DNA from: Octopus vulgaris
Lineage: Eukaryota
Direction of reading: 5' to 3'
Length of the DNA: 64,000 bases
Assembly: GCA_951406725.2 (NCBI GenBank)
Contig: OX597815.1
Coordinates: forward strand, 120,528,001 to 120,592,000
Shown here: positions 26,642 to 39,594 of the stretch, one piece after another
How positions within the stretch are numbered: the first letter of the stretch is position 1
How the letters are laid out: each line of letters starts with the position of its first letter
Notes under the pieces: model-generated
Databases searched by the model: none
Told to the model about the DNA's origin: nothing
The model's input: the letters and a program-made list of their open reading frames with translations, nothing else
Made by a program: the position numbers and the translations under genes

Positions 26642-27371
26642 TATGTGTGTGTGTGTGTACGCACGCATGTTTGTTTTCACATTTTCCTGTTTGTCTCCCA
26701 CCGCTTGACAACTAGTATTGGTTTGTTTACAGCCACTAAACTTAACAGTTTAGCAAATAAATAAATAAATGAATAAATAAAAAGGGAAAGATAGAGTAAT
26801 AACCAGGCATAAAGTACTGTGACTGATCTCATGAGCTAGACCCTACAAGGTAGTGTGCTCCAACATTGTCACTAATGAAATTAGTGAAAGAGTGAAGAGT
26901 GTTGTAGTTCACTTGAAGCATTGTAATTTCAGAAGTAGAATAATGAATGAAATGAGAAATAAAGGAAAGCTTCTACCAGTGTCCAAGAATAATCCAAGGG
27001 CGATAAATATCTAGGTTTATAGTTCACCACTGGCAACAAACTATACTGAAAGGGATTAATCGAATAACATATTTCTTTCGGGGTCGATAAAATCAGCTGA
27101 TCACCAGGGTCGATCTAACCGACTAGCACCCTACTTCCCACCAAATTTCAGAACTTGTACCTATAGCAGAAAATACTCTCTAGTAAATAATCGAACATAT
27201 ACACACATACCGGCGCAGGCTTCACTGTGTGTTAAGAAGCTTGCTTCTGAACCACATGATTCCGGGTTCAGTCCCCCTGCGCAGCATCTTGGGTTAGTGT
27301 CTTCTACTGGAGCCTCAGGCCGACCAAAGCCTTCTGAGTGGGTTTGGTAGACAGAAACTGAAAGAAGCCCG

Positions 27372-27463
<92 letters not shown>

Positions 27464-27639
27464 TCACTCACTCACTCACCCACACACATATACAGTAATC
27501 ACGCGCCATATCGCAGTTCCCTACGGCGATTTATTATTTAAGCTTACGTCGATTCCTCCGTGGTGTTGTTTTGCATTTATAATAAAATGAATATATACAA
27601 AATATATACAAAATATAAAAATTAAAAAAACATACAGTC

Positions 27640-28345
27640 CCCCTCATACTTTCTTCTTTCTTTCCTCTTTTCTTTTTTCGTTCCCCCTCTCTCCCATTTC
27701 ATAGCCTTCTCTTCCTTTAATTCCTACCTTTCTTCCTCGTTTATCTCCCTTGCATCTTCCTCTATTTCCTTTTGATTTCCTCTCTTTCTTGTCTTCCCCT
27801 AATCCTTCAATCCCTCTGCCCCTGCCCCTCTCTTTTCTTTCCACGTAACCGCTGTTCGGCCAGGCATGATCTTTCTTTCTTAGCTTGACTGCCAGCAGCG
27901 AAGCATCTCTGATATTCCTGTCTCTTGACTTTCATCTCTTATCTTCCTACCTCAAGGATTTCACTCTATGCACACCAGCTCAGCTTGATTCGTCTTTATA
28001 TTAGTCGAAAGACAACTGTTGTTATTTTCTTGTTGTTTGTATTTGTAATTGTGTAACATATTCTCCCTTTTTTGTCTTTGTTGTACACATTCACTTGCTT
28101 TCTCTCCCAAAATTTAATGCTCTTAGCTTAGATTTTTGGGGCAACCAGATTTGAACAGTTTCAAAATTAACTGCCCGAAACTGTAAGGATAATTTGGTAA
28201 CTTGACTGATGAGAGAAACTTGCGAATGACTCGTCCTTGTTTTTTCCTGTCCGTCTTTTTATTTGTTCTCCTATCCGTCTTCGCAACGTCTATCTGTCCG
28301 GATGTTTTATTGTCGTCTGTTGCGTTCTTGTTCCGTTCTTTTATT
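27640..28345 (+). mobile_element. Repeat family P copy (pyrimidine tract followed by conserved terminus)
   Basis: cttagcttagatttttggggcaaccag...cccgaaac...cttgactgatgag...cgaatgactcgtc; homologous to minus strand of 29493-30210 and 3803-4000. Confidence 0.6.
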
Positions 28346-28389
28346 TATACACACATACACACACATACACACATATAAACACCCCCTCC

Positions 28390-28421
<32 letters not shown>

Positions 28422-28554
28422 AGATTCCAGGATCAAGGTATAGGAAGTTAGTAAGCTTCGAGCAGCCAGTAGAAGGTAAAAAAAAACTTTCAGGAACAAT
28501 AATGGTTTATGATGTAGACGGTTGTAAATTTTTTTCCATATCAAAGTTCGATTT

Positions 28555-28594
<40 letters not shown>

Positions 28595-28689
28595 TGTGTA
28601 CAGTGAATATATTGTCATCTAAATTACGAAAAGATGAAAATAATACTGACATCGCATTTTAACAGATATATTTACCAAAATGACATAAA

Positions 28690-29400
28690 AATATCTTGAA
28701 ATACTAAAAAATAAATTTATGCAATAAAATCGCCATTGGCTTCAACTACGGACTCCAAACGACTTCGGAATCCCCTGCAACTCTTATAGACTGTCTCCTT
28801 GTTTAAGTTGGTGAATGCTGCATAATCCTTGCCTTCAGTTAATCTTTCGTGTTACAAGGAGTTTTGTTGGTCTCTCACTCAACTGCGCCCCACACAAAAT
28901 AATCAAGGGAGTTACAGTCTGGGGTGTTAGGTGACCAGATGGTAGGGGTGATGAGGTCGCAGAAATTGTCAGACAGACATGACTGGGTTCTCCTGCTTAT
29001 GTAGCATGGTACAGAGTCGTGTTGCCAGACATAGGGTCTTCCAGCAGCCACCCTCTTGATCCAGAGAAGCACTACCTCCTCCAGGCACTTAATGTAGGCC
29101 TGATGAATGGAGGCATAATGTAACCATCATAAGTGATCACTCCAAACACCATGATATTGAATAGATGTTTCAATTTTTTCACTCTCGGTACATGGTTTGG
29201 GGACACGACAAGCCAACGGTTATTCTCTGTGTTCACCATTAGTTCGTATTGGAGCTTCCGGCGCGAATGCCAAGCAGTGCAGCATGTTGATTCCAAATTT
29301 TTAGCAAAGTGAATTGCATCATGGTGTTGTTTTTCTCACAGACGGTGCCCAGCTGAGCGTACTATAGTAGATGATAAAATCAAAAACAAACAATATGCAG
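28690..29400 (-). pseudogene. Degenerate Tc1/mariner transposase, DD37D (maT)-like
   Basis: IMVFGVIT.DG..MPPF; YVWQHDSVPCY..RRTQ..L; WSPNTPDCNSLDYFVWG (cf. WPPSSPDLNPLDY). Confidence 0.8.
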
Positions 29401-29445
29401 GCGCGAAATTAAAAATATAAAATGGCGGCAAATCACCCATCGCAG

Positions 29446-29492
<47 letters not shown>

Positions 29493-29498
<6 letters not shown>

Positions 29499-30332
29499 AA
29501 TGTTTTTATATATAATGAACGTGAAATACAGGAAGGGACGAACACGGAACACAGACAAATCATTCGAAGCATTCAATCTTCAGTCAGACACCGAATCATC
29601 ATAGCAAATTTCGGCTGTTCAATTCTGATATTTGCTCCAACTCGGCCAGCCCCAAGAAAAAAAACTAAGCTGTAAGCATTAGATTTCTTGGTAGAAGACA
29701 GGAATGTGAACGCACAAGACGGATGTGAATACAAGAGACGAAAACGAAATTGAAAACAGTAATGAATAAACAAAATATATATAACGGTGGTTGTCATACG
29801 ACTTTAGACCAAATGAGACAAAAACACAACAACAACATAGCTGGCGTAGAAATAATTACCGTTTCGGTAGCGGGGACACATGTTGGTCGAGATACGAAGG
29901 CCAACAGAATGGTTTAAGAAGCAGCAGGTCGCAGGAGAGAGAGAAAGAGAGACAGAGAGAGAGGGAATCAAAGAGGGTGGAAGGCAGGGGACAGAATCAG
30001 TGACCAAGAGAAAAGGAGAAAGAAGGGATTAAGGAGGATGGGAGGAAGAGGGGAGGAGGATGGGAGGAAGAGAGGGGAAGAATCGGAGGGCGCCAAAAAG
30101 TTTGGTGAAGAAGCAATGGCGGGTAGTAAAAGACAGTGTGTATAGAAGTCGTGCAGGGTTTAAAATTGGACAAACAAACGGGGGGGTGCACGTAACGCCG
30201 CAATAATATAAGAATGAATGTTTTTATATATAATGAACGTGAAATACAGGAAGGGACGAACACGGAACACAGACAAATCATTCGAAGCCTTCAATCTTCA
30301 GTCAGACACCGAATCATCATAGCAAATTTCGG

Positions 30333-30335
<3 letters not shown>
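29493..30335 (-). mobile_element. Family P non-coding element with 125-bp direct terminal repeats, inside (TA)n
   Basis: 29493-29617 equals 30211-30335 except one substitution; period 718 bp. Confidence 0.8.
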
Positions 30336-30389
<54 letters not shown>

Positions 30390-30408
30390 GTATATATATA
30401 TATGTATA

Positions 30409-30520
<112 letters not shown>

Positions 30521-30669
30521 TACATATATATAAAAATATATAAAAATACAAAATGGGACAAGAACGCAAAACATTCAAATAGACGACACAAAAAACGGAC
30601 GGGTCATTCGAAGCCTCTAATCTTCAGTCAAGAACCGGATCATCCTCGTAATTTCATATATATATATAT

Positions 30670-31258
30670 AATCCGATAAGTAAAGTATTAAATATCCATT
30701 ACGGCTGATCTTACCAGTCGGTTTTGCGTAAAGAATACAATGGAGTGTTAGGCGACAATCCGATTATATAACTTTACGCTCATCAGAGTTAGCCGATATG
30801 GAAGGGAATATAGCGACTGTTCTCTAATGTCGGCTGAAGATTTATGTCCTTTGTTTGGGTATTCTGTGAAGCCGGCAAGAGTTATCTTGAAGTGGGAAGG
30901 TGAGTATTATTAATGTGTGTGTGTTTATATGTGTGTATGTGTGTGTATGTGTGTATAAATAAAAGAATGGAACAAGAACGCAACAGACGACAATAAAACA
31001 TCTAGACAGATAGGGTGTGTGATATGTGTAGTGCTGTCATATGCATAATTTTATCCGGCGGTGTAGATATATATAGCTGTGTTCATTGGCTGATAATAGA
31101 GAGCAGTCGCCATATTCCCTTCCCTTCCATATCGGTTAACTTTGATGAGCGTAAAATTACATAATCGGATTGTTACCTAACATTCCATTGTATTCTTTGC
31201 GCGAAACCGATTGGTAAGACCAGCCGTGATAGATATTTAATACTATAATTTTCGGATA
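30670..31258. repeat. Long imperfect inverted repeat (~165-bp arms, ~250-bp spacer)
   Basis: 30670-30835 pairs with 31088-31258. Confidence 0.9.
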
Positions 31259-31487
31259 ATATACCCACTCTACTGACATATACGAGTACATCTTTTCCCT
31301 GACTTATGGTCTCTTAGACGACTCACGTACGTATACACACACATACATACATACATATGCATACATGCATACATATACATACACACATGTATGTATGTAT
31401 GTATGTATGTATGTATGTATGTATGTATGTATGTATGTATATGTACGTATGTATGTATGTATGTATGCATGGTATGTATGTATGCAT

Positions 31488-31968
31488 GGTCGGATCGTCG
31501 GCGACTAAACCGGCAACCCCACCAAGCTTGTTTGGTGAGGAGGGTGTTTATTGGACATCCTGCGGGATGAAAAACAAAACCCGTCAAAGGGCAGAGGAAC
31601 TTTTGAGAGTCAGCGGCCATCCAATAAATGCGCGGGGACATAAAAATAATAGGACTGAATACCCGATCGCGCAGTTAAACCATTGGGAGTGAAGGACTCC
31701 TAGCCTTTGTCAGGGCATCCTTCTAGGAGAAAGTAACTCAGGTAACTGGGATAACTCCGAGATAAAACCCGCAGCTCAGTGGTTACCGATGATGTTGACT
31801 TGGTCTTCTTTTCGGATTATGGCTGCTGTTGCTTAGTGAGTGGGATTGACTCAGTGCACAGCCTTTCCTCACTTTAAAAATAATCTTCTTGCACAGGTAT
31901 TGCACGATAACAACATCGATTAAGCTTCGTGCAATGGCCATACTTGATAACGACGGGGCAGCCACTAC
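31488..31968. mobile_element. ~480-bp element flanked on both sides by (TATG)n
   Basis: Homologous to 55342-55730 and 2410-2590. Confidence 0.75.
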
Positions 31969-33044
31969 TATGTATGTATGTATGTATGTATGTATGTATG
32001 TATGTATGTATGTATGTATGTATGTATGTATGTATGTACGTACGTATGTATGTATGTATGTATGTATGTATGTATGTATGTATGTATGTATATGTGTGTG
32101 TATGTCTTTGTGTCGGTGTTTTTCCCTCGCCACCGCTTATCAATCGGTGCTGGAGTCGATTTGACCGCAGTCAAATGATAAGTTAAAAATGTAAGATAAA
32201 ATAAGTACATACACATATAAGCATTCACACACACGCACGCACGCTCACATACACTAACACAAACAAAATATTTATACATGGACACCAGCAAATTAAACGG
32301 CCTACTAACGTCTCTGAAGTACATATGTAGTAAACGCATCGTATCTCAGTCAACGACCTGTCAGTATTTCAACAAAATCCAGACGCAGTGAAATGCCATT
32401 AACTGTTGTCTATGTAATGTTGTCCTTGTAATTGTTGACAAAACCTTAGAAAGATAATAATGATAATCAATAGGAGTCCAGTTTTAAGTTTTTATCGTAT
32501 TCCTTAGAACATGTCATTTGAAGCTATGAATGATTTTGCACAAAACTGTATGGTCTATTTGTCTGTCTGTCTGTCTGTCCGTCTGTCAGTCTGTCTCTAT
32601 GCGTTTCTGTCTGATTTCTCATTATTTTCTCTTTATTTGTCTGAAACCATTACATTGGAAGTATTGATCATCATTTTGGGTGTAAAAGTGTAAAAGTTGG
32701 TCAGCAAAATAGTTGCTGTTGTTGTTGAAGTTGATAGATTTTGAAACATAGATGACAGGTACATATTTTTTCAAGGATATTTTCCTCAACTTTGCCCTGA
32801 TTGCAAATAAAATATCTGAATAATTTTTGGTTTATCAATCAAATTATTTTCTCTACTGGATTCCAACTCAAATTTTTCTCACACTAATATCTAATTTTTT
32901 AATTTTCAATTTTCAAACGATGAAGTCTAAAGTGGGGCAAAATGAGTAATAATTAATTTAAATTATTTCTTCTAAACTGCGTTATGCATAAATTTATCAA
33001 GAAGAAAGCCACTCCAGCAAATTGTGAAAAAGCTATACTACTAT

Positions 33045-33277
33045 TTACTTGTTTCATTCATTTGACTGTGGCCATGCTGGAGTACCAGCTTTAGTTGAGC
33101 AAATCGACGCCAGGACTTATTCTTTGTAAGCCTAGTACTTATTCTATCGGTCTCGTTTGCCGAACCGCTAAGTTACGGGAACGTAAACACACCAACATCG
33201 GTTTTCAAGCGATGTTGGGGAGGGGGGAACAAACACAGGCACACATACACACACACATACACAATATATATATATAC

Positions 33278-33325
<48 letters not shown>

Positions 33326-34052
33326 GACGGGCTTTTTTTAGTTTCCGTCTACTAAATCCACTCACAAGGCTTTGGTCGGCCCGAGGCTAAAGAAGACACT
33401 TGCCCAAGGTGCCACGCAATGGGACTGAACCAGGAATCATGTGGTTGGTAAGCAAGCTACTTACCCCCACACAGCCACTCCTACGCCTAGAGAATGTTTT
33501 AAATCGAGTTTTTAGATTAAGTCGACTTTTGTTAATTTCATATCATGTGTCAGTTTTTTTGATGATCTTTTATTTGACCCAGATATTTAAAATTTTTGTT
33601 GCATTGCTGAAAATTCTGATGTCTTAGGACGGATATTTATGTGTACTCTTTACTTGTTTCAGTCATTTGACTGCGGCCATGCTGGAGCACCGCCTTTAAT
33701 CGAGCAACTCGACCCCGGAACTTATTCTTTTGTAAGCCCAGTACTTATTCTATCGGTCTCCTTTGCCGAACCACTAAGTAACGGGGACATAAACACACCA
33801 GCATCGGTTGTCAAGCAATGCTAGGAGGACAAACACAGACACACAAACACACACAAGCATATATATATATATATATATACATATATACGACGGGCTTCTT
33901 TCAGTTTCCGTCTACCAAATCCACTCACAAGGTTTTGGTCGGCCCGAGGCTACAGTAGAAGACACTTGCCCAAGGTGCCACGCAGTGGGACTGAACCCGG
34001 AACCATGTGGTTGGTAAACAAGCTACTTACCACACAGCCACTCCTGTGCCTG
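33045..34052 (-). mobile_element. Two full-length SINE family A copies (33045-33490, 33645-34052)
   Basis: Reverse complement of family A. Confidence 0.9.
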
Positions 34053-34397
34053 TGAATCTTTTATTGTGTGTGAATCTTTTATCAAATATAATTTTGGAGA
34101 ATTGAAGGGGAAATTTTACTTCCCTTTGTCTTACTGATTTTGCACCACCTAAGTTTGTTATTTATATGCTCAAAGAGACCGGCGATAATTCTCTGAAATA
34201 TCGTTCTGAATATGTTACAGTGTTTTAATGCATTTGAGAAGGTTATTTGCTTAGCTGATACAGTTTTTGTGAGATAGTGAATATTTGTAAAAAAAATACT
34301 GTTTTCTCAAAGTTAAAAATTCAGTAAATATTACTCATTGTGCATCGCCCTCTTAATACCTACCTACCTACACACACGTACACACGCACGCACACAC

Positions 34398-34463
<66 letters not shown>

Positions 34464-35049
34464 GTTTATTTGAATGTATGTTCTGCTTCCCAGAGACAAA
34501 CAACAATATGGTATGTATGTATGTATGTATGTATGTATGTATGTATGTATGTATGTATGTATGTATGTATGCAAGTATGTGCGTATAAGTGTGTGTGTAT
34601 GTATATATATGTGTGCGTGTGTGTGTGTGCGATATGTATAAACGTGCGCACATATGTATAATAATAACAACGTGTTATTATTACGCAATCACAATCACGT
34701 GTTTTGACTATTTCGTCTAAAGAGAAAAAATATTTGTTGTTTAACCTCAGGTCATTTCTGTTGAAGCGGACCGATGATCAAACAGCACTCCAGCTGCGAC
34801 GTCCATCACTTTTCTTTCTCAGACTCAGTTTTTCTAGGATCACATGTTCAGTGTGTTCATTTTCCTTTTTAAAACGGTACAGTGTGATCTAAAGGTAACT
34901 TGGTTGTTATTTCTAGCAGATCAACCGACCATATAGTTATTCTGTTGTTATATCATGGCCGTATTTTTTGCTTCTAGTGTCATTACTTAGAGTTTTTATT
35001 GCGTACCATGATATTCAGAAAGATATTCTGATACCGAATCTATTATCTT

Positions 35050-35415
35050 GTACTTGCCTCAGTCTTTGGACTGCGGCCATGTTACAGCTTTGATGGGTTT
35101 ATAGTGGAACAAATCGACCCCATTGCTTATTTTAAAACCGGGTACTTATTTTATGTTACTGTTTGTCGAACCGCTAAGTTACGGGGACAAACGAACTAAC
35201 ACCGGTTGTCAAGCGGTTGGTGAGGACAAACACAAACATATACCCTATACATACATGAATTTACACACACACACACACAAGTTTCCGTCAAGCAATTACA
35301 CTCACACGCATTTGGTCGACCCAACACTTGCCCAAGTGTCGTGCACTGGGGCCGAACCCAAGACCACATGGCTGGAAAGAAGCAAGCTTCTTACCACACA
35401 CCCACGCTCGCGCCT
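35050..35415 (-). mobile_element. SINE family A, diverged
   Basis: gaaccgctaagttacgggga, cacttgcccaag, gcaagcttcttaccacac. Confidence 0.75.
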
Positions 35416-36112
35416 ATTTCATACGAATATAAATTTAATTTTGTTTCCTTGCTTTTATATATTTCTCTCAGATTATAATTTAATCGATCATCGTACTAAT
35501 ACACATTATCGATGAACACATTCCTCTGGCTGGCGTATGTAACTCCAGAAACGTTGAACAGGTTTATTCACGCCAGTGTATGTCTATATATTTATTGTAT
35601 ACTTTCTCACTGTCTGCCATTTTCAACCAGTAGTTCACAAATCTTTTATATCTTTATTGTCTCAGCTCTTTCATAAATATTTCCGCCTCCGTAACACTCT
35701 TCCTCATTATTCCATCTGGATGTTTTCTGTTCCTGATTTTTCTTTTAGAACATCAAAATGAATTTATTTGAAGCATAAATTCGATCAAAGACGTTTGTGC
35801 GATTTGTCGGCTAAAGAAATACAGAAACAAAAACAAAAACGAATAAAAAACATACTGCTGACTTCATTTCATAAACTACAACAGCATCAACATCATCAAC
35901 GCAGTATCAGCAATAACAATAACAAAACATATTTTATTACAGAGAAAATACTGGAACCCGTGGCAGGACCGTTTTAAGGTATTATTGCTTCTTTGCTTTT
36001 CGAGCAAAGCAATATTCCGGGGCCAATACGATTTTATTTTTTCCAGAGCATTGTTGAAAAATTGCAAATGAAGTTGTAGACTATGTATTTGTGGTACATC
36101 TTTCTGTTTTTT

Positions 36113-36450
36113 ATCTTTTACTTGTTTCAATGATTGACTTGCGGCCATGCTGGGGCATCGCTTGAAAAGTTTAAATTGAACAAATCGAACCTAGAGCTTT
36201 TTTTTTAAAGTTTGGTACTTATTCTCTTGTTCCCTTTACCGAACTGCTAAGTTGTTAAGTGGTGGTGCAGCGGATAGGCACAAATTTAATGACATATCCA
36301 TCCATCCATCCATACCTAATTTCATACAAACAACGGGCTTCCACACGGTTTCCATCGACCAAATTCACTCATAGGACATTGGTCATAGCGGAACTATAGT
36401 AGAAAACACTTGCCCAAGGAGCCGCGCAATGAGGCTGAATCCGAAACCGC
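36113..36450 (-). mobile_element. SINE family A, diverged
   Basis: ttttacttgtttca..gcggccatgctgg, cacttgcccaagg. Confidence 0.7.
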
Positions 36451-36566
36451 ATGTTTTCAGATTTAATTCCACAGCATTTTGACCAAGTTTTGCGTTCAAC
36501 AAACAATGTTTTGTGAGCGAACTGGGAACTTATGCTATTGGAAATTGTGCGCAAACCCTTGAACAC

Positions 36567-36657
<91 letters not shown>

Positions 36658-36836
36658 AATCTGTATAGGTATATATGTATGTATATATATATATACATAT
36701 ATACATACGTACATTATAAATATATATATGTATGTATATATGTGTGTGTGCGCGTATGTCTTTCTCTGTGTGTGAGTATCTATGTACACACATACACACG
36801 CGTATTTATATATGTATATGTATATGTATATGTATA

Positions 36837-36888
<52 letters not shown>

Positions 36889-36909
36889 GTATGTATGTGT
36901 ATATGCATG

Positions 36910-36941
<32 letters not shown>

Positions 36942-37804
36942 TGTATGTATGTATGTATGTATGTATGTATGTGTGTATAACAAAGTAAAATTGAAAGGTA
37001 CTGCACGAGTGAAAATATATAGGGAAGAGGATTTGAAAATGCAGAGGTCTTTTAAAGATGTTTATTGACTTGACCGGTATCACTTTTTTTGAAAAAAAGA
37101 TTTACAAAAGTAAAATGTAAGGCTTTGTGTAGCCTTTGTGGTGTTAAAAAATAGTTAACATAGATGTATTAAAATACAGTGATAGAGTCTTTGACAATGA
37201 TAAGAAAATATTAAGAAGGGCATTGTGTTTAAACAGTTTACATAAACGTTTCAAAATAGGCAGTAAATTAAATTCATAATTATTTATAAGTTCACCAAAA
37301 ATCATGATTGTTTATAAGCATATATACAGAAAGAATTCGTAAACAATATTTGATAGGAGAAAGCATGTGTTGCTTAGTCAAAGCTTCATCAGAAATCATA
37401 TTTAAACATTTATTCAAAATTTTAGGGGAATGACCAACCTTTCTTCTTACGTGTGCATACGTATGTGTGTGTGTGGGGTACATATGTATGTATATGTGTG
37501 AGTGTGTTGTATTTGTCAGGGGCTGTGTGTGTGTGTCCGTATGTTTTACGTTTATTAGTGTGATGTGTGTGTGGGTACGTACTGTGCGTGTTTGTATTGA
37601 GTATGCGTGTGTGTGTGTGTGTATGTGGTTTATGTAGTTTTCGGGTGTGTGTGCTATATTTGTTGTGGCGAAGTGTGTGTGTACGTATGCATGCATATGT
37701 ATGTGTGTGTTATTTTTCTGTGTTGTGTGGGCATATGTTTGAGCGTATTTTTGTGAGTGTTTTATTTGTATTGTTTGTGCAGTGTGTGTGTATACGTGTA
37801 GGTG

Positions 37805-37995
37805 TACATTATTTACATTTGACGGATATTTGTCCTCATCTAAGACCAGTCAAAAACCACTTCACACATACACAAGCACATATATAAACACACACATATA
37901 TAGAAGAGTGCACACGCACACACACACATCATCAGGTGTTTTGGGAAAATTTCGAACCTGGCTTTTCATTCCTAATGTATTTTTCGATGTTGTTG

Positions 37996-38053
<58 letters not shown>

Positions 38054-39012
38054 CCAGGTCACTGCTTGGAATCGAACTCGGAATCTTGGAGTTAGTAGCC
38101 TGCGCTCTTAACCACTATGGAACCCGCGCTCTTAACCACTGTGGAGTGAATCTTACGGCTTATAAATCTAATATTTTCCTATCATTCCTTAATACCGGTT
38201 CCCATATGCTACTTATATCTGCACTTGGTCTGCTTAGGAGGTTGTTGCGTTCTAGCATATGTGATGCTTCTTTTAGTTTTCGTATTTCCCAGTGGTGTTC
38301 TCTGTCTATTATTTTAACTTCATCCCACAGGCCGAGGTGGTCTCCATTTTTCCAATACACGATCAGCTATACTCGAGTTATCAATATCTCCTCGTATCAC
38401 CGGTTTTACGATGTTCATCTACCCTTATTTTGAAGGGGCGGCATGTTTCGCCATTGTATAACCTACTACAGCTGCATGGGATGGAGTACACGCAGTCGTT
38501 AGTCATATTCTCTTCTATTGGTGGTTTTACTCGAAGGAAATATTTACGAAGTGTTGTATTACTTTTGAATACTGTCCTGATGTCATATGGGCCGCATATG
38601 TTTTGTATCTTTTTGGAGAGGCCTTTCACATAGGGTAGACAGACTGTGGACAGTTTATCGGTTTCATCCCCTCTTTTCTTCATAATTGGAGTGGACAGTA
38701 TGTTTTTGGGGTAGTTGTTGCTCAACACATTGTTATTGAGCTCGATCATTTCTTCGTGGTGTGTACCACCATCGCTACTTATATTCTTTGCACGATGTTG
38801 TAGGCACTGAGCAATCCCTCTCTTTACACTGTATGAATGGTGGGAATTGAAGTTGAGGTATCTGAGGTATCGACCAGTGAAGGTTGGCTTGCAGTATACG
38901 GATGTCCTGAATCCATACGTTGTGTTAACAACAAACAAGATGAGGACAAATATCCGTCAAATGTAAATAATGTAAATAATGTTCATAATTCCTCATCTCT
39001 TAAATATAGAAC
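37805..39012 (-). mobile_element. Penelope-like element: RT C-terminus + GIY-YIG endonuclease, 3' repeat, inverted 5' piece
   Basis: TSVYCKPTFTGRYL..FNSHH..SVKRGI, NNYPK, LPYVKGLS, CVYSIPCSCSRLYNGETCRPFKIRVDEH, RKLKEASHM; 37-bp perfect inverted repeat 37805-37841 / 38938-38974. Confidence 0.9.
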
Positions 39013-39064
39013 TACGTGTAGGTGTATTTATGTGAGTGTGTCTTGTATTTGTCAGGGTGATGTG

Positions 39065-39594
39065 TTAGTTAGTTAATTTTTTGGCTCAAACGCAAAAAGC
39101 AAGGGCATGTAGGGGGACATGGAGTTAAGTACAGGGTGGTGTTCATGTAAAGAGTTCAGGCCACTTGAGGTCAAGGGAGACTTTGAACAAAGCGGTCGTC
39201 GGCATCTTCACCATCTCGTCTGGCAGCTTGTTCCACGGATCCGCAACCCGGACGGAGAAAGCTCCTCTCCTTCGATTGAGATGAAATCGTCGCAGGTAGA
39301 GCTTTTCGGAATGACCTCGTAGCCGACGCTCTGGAGCAGGAGTGAAGAACAGCTCTTTCGAGAGGTTACACTTTCCGCTTATGATGTTGTGAGCGAGAAT
39401 GAGATCCCCACGGCGGCGGCGTTTTTCTAGAGAATAAAGGTCGAGCGTCTTCAGCCTTTCTTCATAAGACAAATTCTTGAGACCATGAACCATGCGGGTA
39501 GCCAGCTTCTGGACTCTTTCGAGATGCTGTATGTCTTTGAGGAGATAAGGAGAAGAGGCTTGAATTCCGTACTCCAATATGGGTCTCACCAGCG
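39065..39594 (-). mobile_element. CR1-type LINE 3' fragment, same family as 1100-2280
   Basis: ORF 39143-39589 nearly identical to the C-terminal part of ORF 1132-1875. Confidence 0.93.
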
